Positions 8,901-17,269 of a DNA stretch of 64,000 bases are shown here, piece by piece. Both the position numbers and the translations under genes were made by a program. The stretch's first letter is position 1. The number at the start of each line of letters is the position of its first letter. The notes beneath the pieces are model-generated. The model made no database searches, was not told where the DNA came from, and saw only the letters and a list, made by a program, of their open reading frames with translations. The stretch lies in the IMG/VR virus record IMGVR_UViG_3300026116_000008; one strand, 5' to 3'. The stretch is from an uncultured virus (IMG/VR IMGVR_UViG_3300026116_000008). Taxonomy: Duplodnaviria; Heunggongvirae; Uroviricota; Caudoviricetes.

Positions 8901-10918
8901 TCGTGCAGACCTTCGCGCGTGCCGTGCTTTTCCAACACTTCCCGGAACGTGCTCTCGTCTGCGACCTTGAATTTCTGTTCGCGGCCGGTGATCGGGTCGC
9001 GCATGACCGTGATTTCGGTCGTCTTCGGCTTCGGTGCCTCCGCTGACTTCGCGGCAGGCTCTCGCGCCGTGGTGACCGCATAGCCGCCTTCGGGCGTGCG
9101 GACCACGCGCGCCGGGATGCCGCGTTTAGCAGTCAGGTCTTTGGCTTGTTTGGTCACGTAATTGTAGGACGCGAGGCCCGGATCGCCTCTCTTCGGCTTC
9201 ACAGCCGTCGGCAGGTCAGAGCCAAATTGCTTGACGGGTGTCACGGCCGCCGGCTTCGGCGCGGCCGGCTGTTCGGGCGGCAGGGGCGGCACCGCGGGCT
9301 TCTCCGGCGCCATGGCCGCCTTGTCCGCGCGGTTCATCGCCATGATCGCCTTCCCCATGTTGGGGTGCTCGCTCACGAGACCGCCATCCGGGTCTTTGAC
9401 CGCCCACTTGCCTTCCGGCGTCTTCTCGTAGGTGAAGCCGTTCGGCGATCGCCGGGCCTCCGACGCGGCCGCGATCGGCTTTTCCGCCGGCATCAGCGGC
9501 TGCTCTCGCCCGGACTTTGGCCCCATCTTTGGAAACTCAGCGTCGAGTTTCGCGCCGTATTTGGTGGGTGGGGTCGGCGGCAGCTGTGGCGTCTCGGGCT
9601 CGACTTTCGCCTTCGCCGCCGGGTTGTCGAACACCGCCTTCAGCGTCGGGTCTTCCCCGATGTTCACGCCGGCAGGGGGCTCCTGCGTCGGCGGACGCTT
9701 GCCGTAGTCCTCGGGGCCGTGGCCCGGGGTGGCTTCGGCCGGCTTGGGCGGCGGAGCAGGCGTCTCGGCGACACCACCGGCCGCCTGCGGCCCCGGGGTA
9801 CCGTGGGGCGCGTCGCCGCTGCCCGGCACCTCGACGCGGGTTTCTGGCGTTGCTGGTGCAGCTTCACCCTGTGGCTGCGGCACGCGGCCGCCGGCTCCCC
9901 GTGCCTGCGGGTTGGGGAGATCAAGCTGGCCTTGTTCGGGTGGCAGGTTGAGCGGGAGCTCTCCCTGTGTGTCCGGTGCGCGGCCCGGCGGACGAAGGTC
10001 CATCTCCATCTGCTGCGGCGTGCGCGTGGCACCGGCGCCCGGTGCGCCGTCCTGCCCGAAGTCCATGCGTCCTTGGGCTGGTGCTTCAGGGGCGCTTGCA
10101 GCCGCCGCAGCGGCCGCGCCAGCGCGTCCCGCGCGCGCCGCCATCCAACGCTCGCCCCAGTTCTGCGCGTCCTGTACGTAGCCCCGCGGCGAAGCAAACG
10201 CACCGCCGGCAGCGGCCTGCGCCACGATATCCGGGAGCGCTTTCTTGAAGCCCTCGGGCGTGAAGAAGTCACTGCCCTCTTGCGCCGCGGCACTGCCGGC
10301 GGCGACGCCGCCACCGAGAGCCGCCGACGCAACGCGGGTCGCGCCGCTGACGGCGCCGTGCGTGAAGCCGACCAAATTAGACAGGCCGGACGCAGCCGCC
10401 GCGGTCCAAGGGTTTGCTTCCCGGTTGGCCTGTCGCTGCGCGCTGTCGTCGGCGTTGAGGTACTTGAGTGCGGCCTCTTGGACTTTCTCGGCGCCGTAGC
10501 CGCCCGCGAAGCCGCCGGCCAGACCGCCCGCGATGCCCGCCACCGTGCCGCCGATCGGGCCCGCGCCCAACGTGCCGGCAGCTGCACCGGCCGCGCCCGC
10601 GGCGGCTCCACCGGTCACGGCGCCGGCGGCCGCCGGTCCGATATCGTGCGCGAGCTCGCGCGCGAACGTGCCGACGATGCCTTCGTCTTCCGGTGTCTTT
10701 TTCAGCGGCTCCCAGTCGCCCTTGGCGTTCTGGCGATATGGCTCCCAGTCGTCGTCTTTTTGCGACGTCGAGGCCGGCACCCACTTGCCGCGGTCGTCTT
10801 GCTGGTACGGCTCCCAGTCGTCTTCAGGTTTGGACGCGGCCGCCGGCGGAGGGGAAGCCTCCTCGGCTCCGCCGCCTACGTCTTCATCGCCTTCGTACTC
10901 GTCGTCTTCATAGGCCAT
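5921..10918 (-). CDS. Large internal virion/ejection protein (1665 aa) with zincin HEXXH domain
   Basis: Last gene of virion operon; acidic N-terminus, Gly/Ala-rich membrane-like segment, AIIHEGLH...EFISE metallopeptidase-like motif. Confidence 0.7.
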   Translation of the reverse strand: MAYEDDEYEGDEDVGGGAEEASPPPAAASKPEDDWEPYQQDDRGKWVPASTSQKDDDWEPYRQNAKGDWEPLKKTPEDEGIVGTFARELAHDIGPAAAGAVTGGAAAGAAGAAAGTLGAGPIGGTVAGIAGGLAGGFAGGYGAEKVQEAALKYLNADDSAQRQANREANPWTAAAASGLSNLVGFTHGAVSGATRVASAALGGGVAAGSAAAQEGSDFFTPEGFKKALPDIVAQAAAGGAFASPRGYVQDAQNWGERWMAARAGRAGAAAAAAASAPEAPAQGRMDFGQDGAPGAGATRTPQQMEMDLRPPGRAPDTQGELPLNLPPEQGQLDLPNPQARGAGGRVPQPQGEAAPATPETRVEVPGSGDAPHGTPGPQAAGGVAETPAPPPKPAEATPGHGPEDYGKRPPTQEPPAGVNIGEDPTLKAVFDNPAAKAKVEPETPQLPPTPPTKYGAKLDAEFPKMGPKSGREQPLMPAEKPIAAASEARRSPNGFTYEKTPEGKWAVKDPDGGLVSEHPNMGKAIMAMNRADKAAMAPEKPAVPPLPPEQPAAPKPAAVTPVKQFGSDLPTAVKPKRGDPGLASYNYVTKQAKDLTAKRGIPARVVRTPEGGYAVTTAREPAAKSAEAPKPKTTEITVMRDPITGREQKFKVADESTFREVLEKHGTREGLHEGLTKFLGEKVMKEIGNMPVYIVPESEINRAGMRGSLGGYNRQQDHIFLNDAAFKNPENLKHAIIHEGLHAVTAHAVLKDPDLRKAINGIMKDVAQADPFHPQRKDTKYGFTNEREFISEAFSNPTFQKMLGEHQLSPGAASRLSEYLGTPVKNAWDAVVGAVRKFFNIPKDQISALEGMIRATAKAMDINPKAKGDFLKRNAVEDKQGEYREPFEKLERVRSADETPAATATADDLKNDLWTNVKRWVGAVASETESGRAARNNIMGEFGEKNQLKTVADAKFTNEMHRMMNDLAKTQEGQDRQRALVNYIQGGSDFPNFRPTEGEKRVVDVLRDIHKMFENKLRSMPEFEQMKFWDNDKYLAGQYENPKEAIKFYRDNIAAGGGGSTKKKFFPTDEDARRAGFTPISTNPIERVLRYTNAMGDYIAYRQIVANGEKSGHIKYFTPETVAAAGTPNPYRRGGPPEGWAPMRGLTNKDGKQAYAPRDYAETFNNAFGPGLGHAIGAEDLVSSLRRASNTFTMLELGIPTYHAFTTVHERMASGLSTALSQAASGNVADAGKTLAKALASPVQEARLKGGEGQRLADVYAGKVEGTPGEQKIVKAMKLANFSPIGMKHALDYDMSKAGSLWNSIAKGSLKHEMIAEYKSIVGDKNWKEGMSFVPRMAGRMMQSIAKPLFEHYIPRMKTAAFSENMQAWMKANPNHTDAQFQEAAIKIGKSIDNRMGEMAHDNMMMNRVLRDAASLTLRSFSFTVGGVFREIGGGTQSLARGALKGENRLSLSAKNYDPRAAYAVAFPMSVAAMSMLYQFLKTGKGPDEWRDLAWPETGGKQPGVGKGRQVPERALLPGYHKDIAAYIAHPGREAGNKVAGLWSAIGEQLANSKMTETGPKPIVPPKASVPEALGERAKAFGERMTPIFVRSAGKTPYKQSNISYPEQLLGLRAPGKWVSDPQGQKIADDRRAEREWRASERRQNVDRGYRGVAPEPRRVLRRDQ

Positions 10919-10921
10919 GGA

Positions 10922-12847
10922 TCACCGTTGCGGTCGCAGGCTCCACTCACCGGTCGAGCGCGAACGGCCCCAGACCATGCCGGCCGGCGCCGCGCTCGGC
11001 GGAGCGCTGTTGTTCGCTGGCGCGCTCTGCTGCGGCTGCGGCGCGTTGCGGTCGCGGCTGTAGCGCTCCTGCACCCGGTCGATGATCTGCTGCTCGCGCG
11101 GCGTCGGCTTGTAGCCGGGGTCGGCCTTGAACTTGTCGTTGATGCCCTTGTAGACCTCGCGCAGACCTCGCGCTTCGTCCATGTCGCGGTACCGACGATC
11201 GACGGCATCCAAATTTTTGTTCTGGCGATCGGTGATCGCCTGTTGTTTGGCCCGCTCGGCGTTCACCCGGTCGCCGCCGTTGCGCAGCCGGTCGAGCAGC
11301 CGCTCGAACTGACCCTCTTGGCCTTGGTACGGGAACGCGCGATACGCCTGCATCTGGAGCTTGTAGTCCTCCATTGCGCGCTGGTAGCCCGTGCTCGGCC
11401 CCTGCCGCTGTTGCTCCGGCGTGACCAGTTTGCCGGCGGAGCCAAGCGCCTTCTCGACGCCAAGTTCGACGGCGCCGTCCAGCGTCGACGCAGGGCCCTT
11501 CAGGTAATTGGCGAACTGCTGCGGCGTCATGGTGAACACCGCGGTCTCTTTGCCGCCCTCGATCGCGTCGCGCACATGCGCGTTGATGTTGCCGTTCTGT
11601 CCGCGCGTGAACGTGACCGACTTCCCGTTGGGGATAAGGTCGTTCATTTTGGACGCCAGCTGCGTGGCTTCGACCAGCGCGCCTTGACCGGCAGCGGCCA
11701 TCGCCGCTGCGCGCAGGTTCGCGTATGACGGCTTCATCGCCTGCACGAACTCGCCGGCGGCCTTCGGGTCCTGCGCATAGATGTCGTTGAACGTCTTGCC
11801 GATCTTGCCCGCTTGGTCGAGGCCGGGGCGGGTCTTGTCGGTGTTGGCGAGCGCCTGCTCCACCTGCGGCTGCGCCATTGCACCGCCGCCATCGAAGTAA
11901 TTCTTGAGCGCCGTCGCGCCGCGGCGGACGAGCCCGCCAAGCGGATCGTCGCCAAAATCGCCACGCTGGTAGAGCCCGTTCGCCGGGTCGCGCTGCGTCG
12001 GGTCGCGTTGCGCCTCCATGGGGGGCGTCGGCAGCCCGCCCTCGGTCATCGGGTCCATCCGCGACGCCTGATAGGACTTCGCGGCGTTGTCCAGTATCGA
12101 CCCTTCGGCAGGGAGCGTCGTGCGCGGGCCGTAACTCGGCGGCGGTGCCGGCTCGGGCCCGCCGTTCTCGTTGAGCCCAAGCGCCTGACGAATGGCCGCA
12201 AGCGCGTTCCGCACCCGGCTCTCGTCGTTCTGTTGCTGCGGCATGCGCGGGCCGTAGCCGGCGTCCGAGTAGCGGCCGGTGTCTTCCTCGGGCGCCGCCT
12301 CGGGGTTGTAGCCTGTGCGGCCGCGGGCCGAGAAGTCCGTGTCTAGCGGCGGCTTGCGGCTCTCTTGGCCCATGGGGACTTGGTCGCCCCGGGCTTCCAT
12401 CTGGTCCGGATCGCCGCCCTCCTCGGGGTCAACTTCCTCTTCTTCCCCGGCGGGCTGACGTGGCGGACCTTGCGGACGAACCGGCGGAGCGCCCTCCGCA
12501 GGGCCTTCGTCGTCATCCTCTTCAGCTTCCGGCGCGTCGTCTTCTTCCTCGTAGTCGTCATCGTCGACTTCACCCCCGTCGTCGTAACCGCGAACGACGC
12601 CGCCGCGCGCATAGCCTGCGCCTTCAGGCACCTCCGGCGCTCCGTCCGGCATGGTCTCGTTCGGAGCGTAATCCTCGCTGAAATGCTCCGGATTGTGGCT
12701 GCGGTTGTCGAGCGTGACCGACATATAGACCGGTGCCATCTGCGATGTCTCGGCGCTCGTGTCGCTCGCGACGCCGTAATTCGACGCCGTGACCGGGCCG
12801 CCGCCCGCGTAGCCCCGACGCTTGATCCGACGGTGTTTGCGCTTCAT
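10922..12847 (-). CDS. Internal virion/ejection protein
   Basis: Start MKRKHRR overlaps upstream stop (ATGA); disordered acidic N-half with YAxGG motifs, helical C-half. Confidence 0.65.
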   Translation of the reverse strand: MKRKHRRIKRRGYAGGGPVTASNYGVASDTSAETSQMAPVYMSVTLDNRSHNPEHFSEDYAPNETMPDGAPEVPEGAGYARGGVVRGYDDGGEVDDDDYEEEDDAPEAEEDDDEGPAEGAPPVRPQGPPRQPAGEEEEVDPEEGGDPDQMEARGDQVPMGQESRKPPLDTDFSARGRTGYNPEAAPEEDTGRYSDAGYGPRMPQQQNDESRVRNALAAIRQALGLNENGGPEPAPPPSYGPRTTLPAEGSILDNAAKSYQASRMDPMTEGGLPTPPMEAQRDPTQRDPANGLYQRGDFGDDPLGGLVRRGATALKNYFDGGGAMAQPQVEQALANTDKTRPGLDQAGKIGKTFNDIYAQDPKAAGEFVQAMKPSYANLRAAAMAAAGQGALVEATQLASKMNDLIPNGKSVTFTRGQNGNINAHVRDAIEGGKETAVFTMTPQQFANYLKGPASTLDGAVELGVEKALGSAGKLVTPEQQRQGPSTGYQRAMEDYKLQMQAYRAFPYQGQEGQFERLLDRLRNGGDRVNAERAKQQAITDRQNKNLDAVDRRYRDMDEARGLREVYKGINDKFKADPGYKPTPREQQIIDRVQERYSRDRNAPQPQQSAPANNSAPPSAAPAGMVWGRSRSTGEWSLRPQR

Positions 12848-14799
12848 CGACGTGACCCATATCCGGTTTGCGGTCGCGATTGCGCCTGCGGCTGCTGGTT
12901 CATGCCGCCCGCTTTTCGCGCCTGCTCGATCATCTTGTAGAAGAACTCTTTGCCCTTCCACTGCGCGACGTCCTTCGGAATGACGAACTCGCCGGCGTTC
13001 AGGCGGGCGTCGACGTCGTCGACCTGCGCGCCGCGGCTTGGGGACAAATTCGTCGAGACAAAGCCGCCGCTGGTGGCCTTGCGCGGATCAGGCCCGCCCG
13101 GCGGCACCTGACCCCCGCGCGCCATCGCCATCTGCGGCATGCTGCCGGGCGATGCTTGCGGCCGCCCCGTTGCGGCCATGTACCCGGCGCGCGGTGGCAA
13201 CGTCGGTTCGGCGGCGCGCTGGGTGATCCCCGGCGGAGGCGACGGCGGTGCGCGACGGACCGGCATGCGCTGCCGCCCGTAACCGGCAGGCCGCGGCGCG
13301 GGTCGTTTCCTGCGCACCGGACCGCCGCGTGCGTAGTCGCCGCCGTCGTCATAGTCGTCGCTATAGTCGTCGCTATAGTCGTAGTCGTCGCTATCGTCGT
13401 TGTAATCGTAGTTGTCGTAATCCTCTTCGTCGTAGTTCTCTTCGCCCTGATAGTCGTCGAACGTGTCGTCGTTGTTGTTGTAGTCGTCGAGCTCGTCCTG
13501 CTCGTCCTGATAGTCGTCGGCGTACAGGTCGTCGTCGTACTGGTTCCAGTCGTAGTCGTCGTTTCCGGACGACCATCCGTCGCCATAGCCATCGTCCGAA
13601 TAGCGGCCGGTGTCTTCGTCGCCCGTGTCAGGCGTCCACTCGTCGCCGTAGCCTATGTCCGAATAACGATCGGTGGTTTCATCGGCGTAGTCGCTGTCGT
13701 CGCGGCCGCGCGCGGAGAAATCAGTGTCGGTGTCGGCGTACTGGTTGCTTTGCCAGCCGTCGCCATAGCCTTCGTCCGAATAGCGGCCGCTGTCCTCGTA
13801 CTGGTTGCTCTGCCACGCATCGCCGTAGCCGCTGTCTGAATAGCGGCCTTCATCCGGCGACCATGTGGGGCCGTAGCCTTCGTCCGAGTAGCGGCCGCTG
13901 TCTTCCGGGTTTTCCCAGCGATCGCCGTAGCCGCTGTCTGAATAGCGGCCGGTGTCTTCCGGGTTCTGCCACTGGTCGCCATAACCGCGGTCCGAGTAGC
14001 GACCCTCGTCCAGCGGGTTGTCGTCGCCTAGAGGATTTTTTTCTTTATCGTCTTGCGGCTCGCGCGGCGGCTGTCGCTGCACGGGCGCCGATCGGCTCGG
14101 CCGTCCGCCCCTGCCGCCACTCGGCTGCCCGCCACCACCTTCGCCGCCGCCCTGCTGCCCGCCACCCTTCGGCTCTTTCTCGCCGCCGCCCTTGCCGCCG
14201 CCACCGCCCCCGCCATCGCCCGAACTGCCTTGGCTCTGGTTTTCCGACTGCGAGCGGTTGCCCAGCGGTGGGTACTTCAGCTGCATGGCGGCGTTCAGCA
14301 TGCGCGCGCGCTGGTCACCGGCGCGCAAACCGAAGTCCTCGTTCTGCAGGCTGGCAGCGATCGCCTGATTGCGCATCGTGTTGCCGCGCTCTTCGGTCGC
14401 CATGCGCTGCTGGTTGCCGGCACCCGCTGCCGCCGCACCGGCCATGACACGGTTGGCGCTGTCGAGCGCGGCGTAGCGGCCCGACGACGGGTCGATGCCA
14501 TAGCTCTCAAGATCGCGGATCGCGTTGAGGCGGCCTTGTTCGGCAGCCTGCATCACGCCCGCTTCCGCCATGCCCATGTCGGCGGCAATGCGCTGCGGCG
14601 ACGCGTACGTCAGCGCGTCGCGCATCAAGGCATCGATGTTGCCTTGGTTCTTGTTGAACTGCTGCATGCCCCAGTTGTAGGTGTCGTCGGCATGATCGAA
14701 CGCGTACTGGCTGATCTGCTGCAGCAGGGCAGATTGCGGGTAGTCTGGAATAAAGCTCTCGGATTGGCTCCAACCAGAACTGGAATTCGAACTCGCCAT
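12844..14799 (-). CDS. Internal virion/ejection protein with GRYSDxGYG repeats and Asp/Tyr tract
   Basis: Ala/Gln-rich helical N-terminus (GIDPSSGRY), 7 repeats, C-terminal DDVDARLNAGEFVIP motif. Confidence 0.7.
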   Translation of the reverse strand: MASSNSSSGWSQSESFIPDYPQSALLQQISQYAFDHADDTYNWGMQQFNKNQGNIDALMRDALTYASPQRIAADMGMAEAGVMQAAEQGRLNAIRDLESYGIDPSSGRYAALDSANRVMAGAAAAGAGNQQRMATEERGNTMRNQAIAASLQNEDFGLRAGDQRARMLNAAMQLKYPPLGNRSQSENQSQGSSGDGGGGGGGKGGGEKEPKGGGQQGGGEGGGGQPSGGRGGRPSRSAPVQRQPPREPQDDKEKNPLGDDNPLDEGRYSDRGYGDQWQNPEDTGRYSDSGYGDRWENPEDSGRYSDEGYGPTWSPDEGRYSDSGYGDAWQSNQYEDSGRYSDEGYGDGWQSNQYADTDTDFSARGRDDSDYADETTDRYSDIGYGDEWTPDTGDEDTGRYSDDGYGDGWSSGNDDYDWNQYDDDLYADDYQDEQDELDDYNNNDDTFDDYQGEENYDEEDYDNYDYNDDSDDYDYSDDYSDDYDDGGDYARGGPVRRKRPAPRPAGYGRQRMPVRRAPPSPPPGITQRAAEPTLPPRAGYMAATGRPQASPGSMPQMAMARGGQVPPGGPDPRKATSGGFVSTNLSPSRGAQVDDVDARLNAGEFVIPKDVAQWKGKEFFYKMIEQARKAGGMNQQPQAQSRPQTGYGSRR

Positions 14800-14856
14800 A
14801 AGGGGCTCCGGAAAAGCTGAACAGCGCCAGCTGGTTTGCGACGTAGCAAGAATTTA

Positions 14857-14871
14857 TTAAGGAATACTTAA
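14857..14871. promoter_or_regulatory. CtrA box / late promoter
   Basis: TTAA-GGAATAC-TTAA; GCTACGT -10-like element 9 nt downstream on minus strand. Confidence 0.75.
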
Positions 14872-15350
14872 TCTTCTTCCTCGGGAACGTTCGGACCGCC
14901 AAACGAGCCGGACAATCCCGTCGTCCCGGTCGGGCTCAACGCGCCTATTTTCGGTCCCACGGCGAAGGCGTTGACCGTGCCGTGCAGGCCCAAATTTATG
15001 ACCCGCCAGTTGATCAGGTCTTCGGTGTGCGCGATCAGCGAAATGATCCCGCCGTCTCCGGCAGCGCCACCGCCGACGCACCATGTGTAAAAACCGTAGG
15101 CCACGCACTCGGTGATCGGCACGCCGCAATCGGTGTCGCCGAGAAGTTTGCCCGTCTCGGCGTCATTGATGAGGAGCCGGCTGTCGCCGTGCGCCCATCC
15201 CGGCTGCGACGTGTTTATCGGATGCCACGGATCAATCGTGGCGGTGAGCAATTTTCCCGCGAACGGGCCGCGCCGCACCCGCCCCGAAGTGGAATAGCCC
15301 GACGGGAGCGCCACGATCCGCGCGGCGCGATCGAGCGGCGCGCTACTCAT
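14868..15350 (-). CDS. Hypothetical virion-associated protein
   Basis: 160-aa ORF overlapping upstream gene end. Confidence 0.55.
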   Translation of the reverse strand: MSSAPLDRAARIVALPSGYSTSGRVRRGPFAGKLLTATIDPWHPINTSQPGWAHGDSRLLINDAETGKLLGDTDCGVPITECVAYGFYTWCVGGGAAGDGGIISLIAHTEDLINWRVINLGLHGTVNAFAVGPKIGALSPTGTTGLSGSFGGPNVPEEED

Positions 15351-15933
15351 TGGGAGCTCGCGGATGATAGTTGCCCGGCGTCCAGACCTGTCCGTCGGAA
15401 CTCCTGAAGGCGTCGGTGTCGAAATTGGATATGGTCGACTTGCTGTTTATCCCGACCTCTCCGCCCCCTGAACCGTCCGGGTCTGGTTCCTGCGTGACGA
15501 CAAAGTTTTCAGCGACGTGCCGGTCGTCGAAATACTGCAGTCTGGCCGGGAATTTACCGTCGAGGCTGGCCAAGGCTGCGGAGCCGGGTTGAAACTTGCC
15601 GTCGCTGCCGACAAGCACCCACACGGGCGTCGCACCGGCTTTGAGCCCTTCACGCATCCACCCGCCGCTCACGATCGAGCCAAAGCCCCGCGGCAGGTTC
15701 ATGTTGTTGGACCCTTCACCGGGGTCGACATAGGTGCGAATACCTATGTCTTGGCCTTCCCAGCTTTTCCCGTCTTCGGACGTGAACAGCCACGCCCGGC
15801 CGTCACCGCCGGCGATAGAACCGTTGATATAAGACAGCACGCCCGTGCCGGCCATCCAGAAGACTTCGGGCTCCGTCTCCCATTTGACGTCGATGACGCG
15901 CTCGAAGAAGTCTTCATAAAACGGTTCAGCCAT
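15343..15933 (-). CDS. Virion-associated protein with Asp-box (SxDGxxW) repeats
   Basis: FTSEDGKSW and FRSSDGQVW. Confidence 0.6.
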   Translation of the reverse strand: MAEPFYEDFFERVIDVKWETEPEVFWMAGTGVLSYINGSIAGGDGRAWLFTSEDGKSWEGQDIGIRTYVDPGEGSNNMNLPRGFGSIVSGGWMREGLKAGATPVWVLVGSDGKFQPGSAALASLDGKFPARLQYFDDRHVAENFVVTQEPDPDGSGGGEVGINSKSTISNFDTDAFRSSDGQVWTPGNYHPRAPNE

Positions 15934-16369
15934 CGAGCCTCTTCACATAGCTCCAGTTGAACTCGGGGTCGGGCTGCATCTCGTTCTGGAACGTCACACG
16001 GTTGATGCGGACGACATAGGCTGCCTGCGAACGATCCATGCCGCCCGGAAGCGATTTGTCCTTGTGGAAGACAAACCCGGCCTGCACGTCCTTCTGGACC
16101 TGCGCCCACTCCGGGTACTCGGAGTAATATTTGTTGCCTTCCTTTTTGGTGTTCGGCGTGCGCGCCTCGAAGACATTGTTGACGGTCCATTGCCCGGTGA
16201 ACTGCCGCAGCACGTCGCGAAGCGCGTTCACGGCAGCGAGCAAGCTGGCGAGGTCGGTCGCGACCGGGATGTTGCGCCACGGGTTGCCGCCGTGCCAGCG
16301 ATGGATATCGCCGACGTCCTGATTGCGCGTGATCGAACAGGCCGGTGCTACGACCGTGGTGGGCGGCAT
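15926..16369 (-). CDS. Tail-associated protein, paralogue 3 of 3
   Basis: APACSIT..NIPVATDLASLLAAVNAL motif shared with the two upstream genes. Confidence 0.65.
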   Translation of the reverse strand: MPPTTVVAPACSITRNQDVGDIHRWHGGNPWRNIPVATDLASLLAAVNALRDVLRQFTGQWTVNNVFEARTPNTKKEGNKYYSEYPEWAQVQKDVQAGFVFHKDKSLPGGMDRSQAAYVVRINRVTFQNEMQPDPEFNWSYVKRLDG

Positions 16370-16370
16370 T

Positions 16371-16853
16371 TCACTCTCCAGCGCTGCTGTCGGAGAGAGG
16401 CTCGCCCTCTCCCTTCTCGCCGTAGTCCCAAATCAGATACGTTTTCCACGCCTTGTCGTACCAGACCATGCGGACGATCCGTTCGGTGACGACATAGGTG
16501 TTTCGATCCCGTTCGCCGCTATCGGTGATGCCGTAATATTTGAACTTTTTCTTTACGCGCTTGCTCTTCTGTTCGACCCAGCGCGCGGTTTTGTTCTTGA
16601 ACTTGTCCTTGCCGACGTTCTCTTTGCCCTGCTTGCCGGGGTGGACGTTGTTGCGGACCGGGTTGTTGATGATGTTCAACATGATCTGGCGCAAGCGGTT
16701 CGCCAGCGCGATCGCACTCGACAGGTCGACCGCATGGCCGATCGGCGCCTGTATCTTGTCCTTGCGGTGATACTTGTACGGGTTGTCCGGCCCAACAGGA
16801 CTGTCCTTGCTGATCGGGCAAGTCGGAGCGACAGAGCTAAAATAAAGCGGCAT
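16371..16853 (-). CDS. Tail-associated protein, paralogue 2 of 3
   Basis: APTCPIS..IGHAVDLSSAIALANRL. Confidence 0.65.
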   Translation of the reverse strand: MPLYFSSVAPTCPISKDSPVGPDNPYKYHRKDKIQAPIGHAVDLSSAIALANRLRQIMLNIINNPVRNNVHPGKQGKENVGKDKFKNKTARWVEQKSKRVKKKFKYYGITDSGERDRNTYVVTERIVRMVWYDKAWKTYLIWDYGEKGEGEPLSDSSAGE

Positions 16854-16856
16854 GGC

Positions 16857-17267
16857 TCAGTCACCGTACTTCAAGCGATACGCAGTGTTCTGGTTAAAAA
16901 AGACGATCTCGGACAGCGTCTTGATCTCGATGAACTGGTTCTGGTCCAGCGGGTTGCGCAGTTTTTGGGTTTTGTAGACGCGCTGCTCCTCGATCCAGTC
17001 TGCAGCGGCGTAATGCGGGTTGTTGTCTTGCCCCTTCTCGGTCCGGTCCGGAGGATTGCTCTGCCGGATATTGTTCACCTGCGGGCCGCGGTTGAGGATG
17101 TCCCTGATGATCTTCGCCATCTCGTTGAGCGCGCGAAGAGCCGACCGCAAGTCGGTCGCGCGCGGAACGTTCGCGAGCGGATCAGGCTCACGGCCCTGAT
17201 AGCGGCTTATGTTGTTCTGCTGGCTGTGGCTGATGTAGCAGTTCGGCGCAACGGTGTAGGTCGGCAT
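16857..17267 (-). CDS. Tail-associated protein, paralogue 1 of 3
   Basis: APNCYIS..NVPRATDLRSALRALNEM. Confidence 0.65.
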   Translation of the reverse strand: MPTYTVAPNCYISHSQQNNISRYQGREPDPLANVPRATDLRSALRALNEMAKIIRDILNRGPQVNNIRQSNPPDRTEKGQDNNPHYAAADWIEEQRVYKTQKLRNPLDQNQFIEIKTLSEIVFFNQNTAYRLKYGD

Positions 17268-17269
17268 GG

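Noticed and set aside
9146..11728. 860-aa + strand ORF and many other long antisense ORFs (e.g. 17504-19597)
   Set aside because: Shadow ORFs of GC-rich minus-strand genes with Arg-rich nonsense composition
13575..14012. Regularly spaced repeats resembling a CRISPR array
   Set aside because: Repeats are in frame, vary at synonymous positions, and spacers are related peptides; no cas operon
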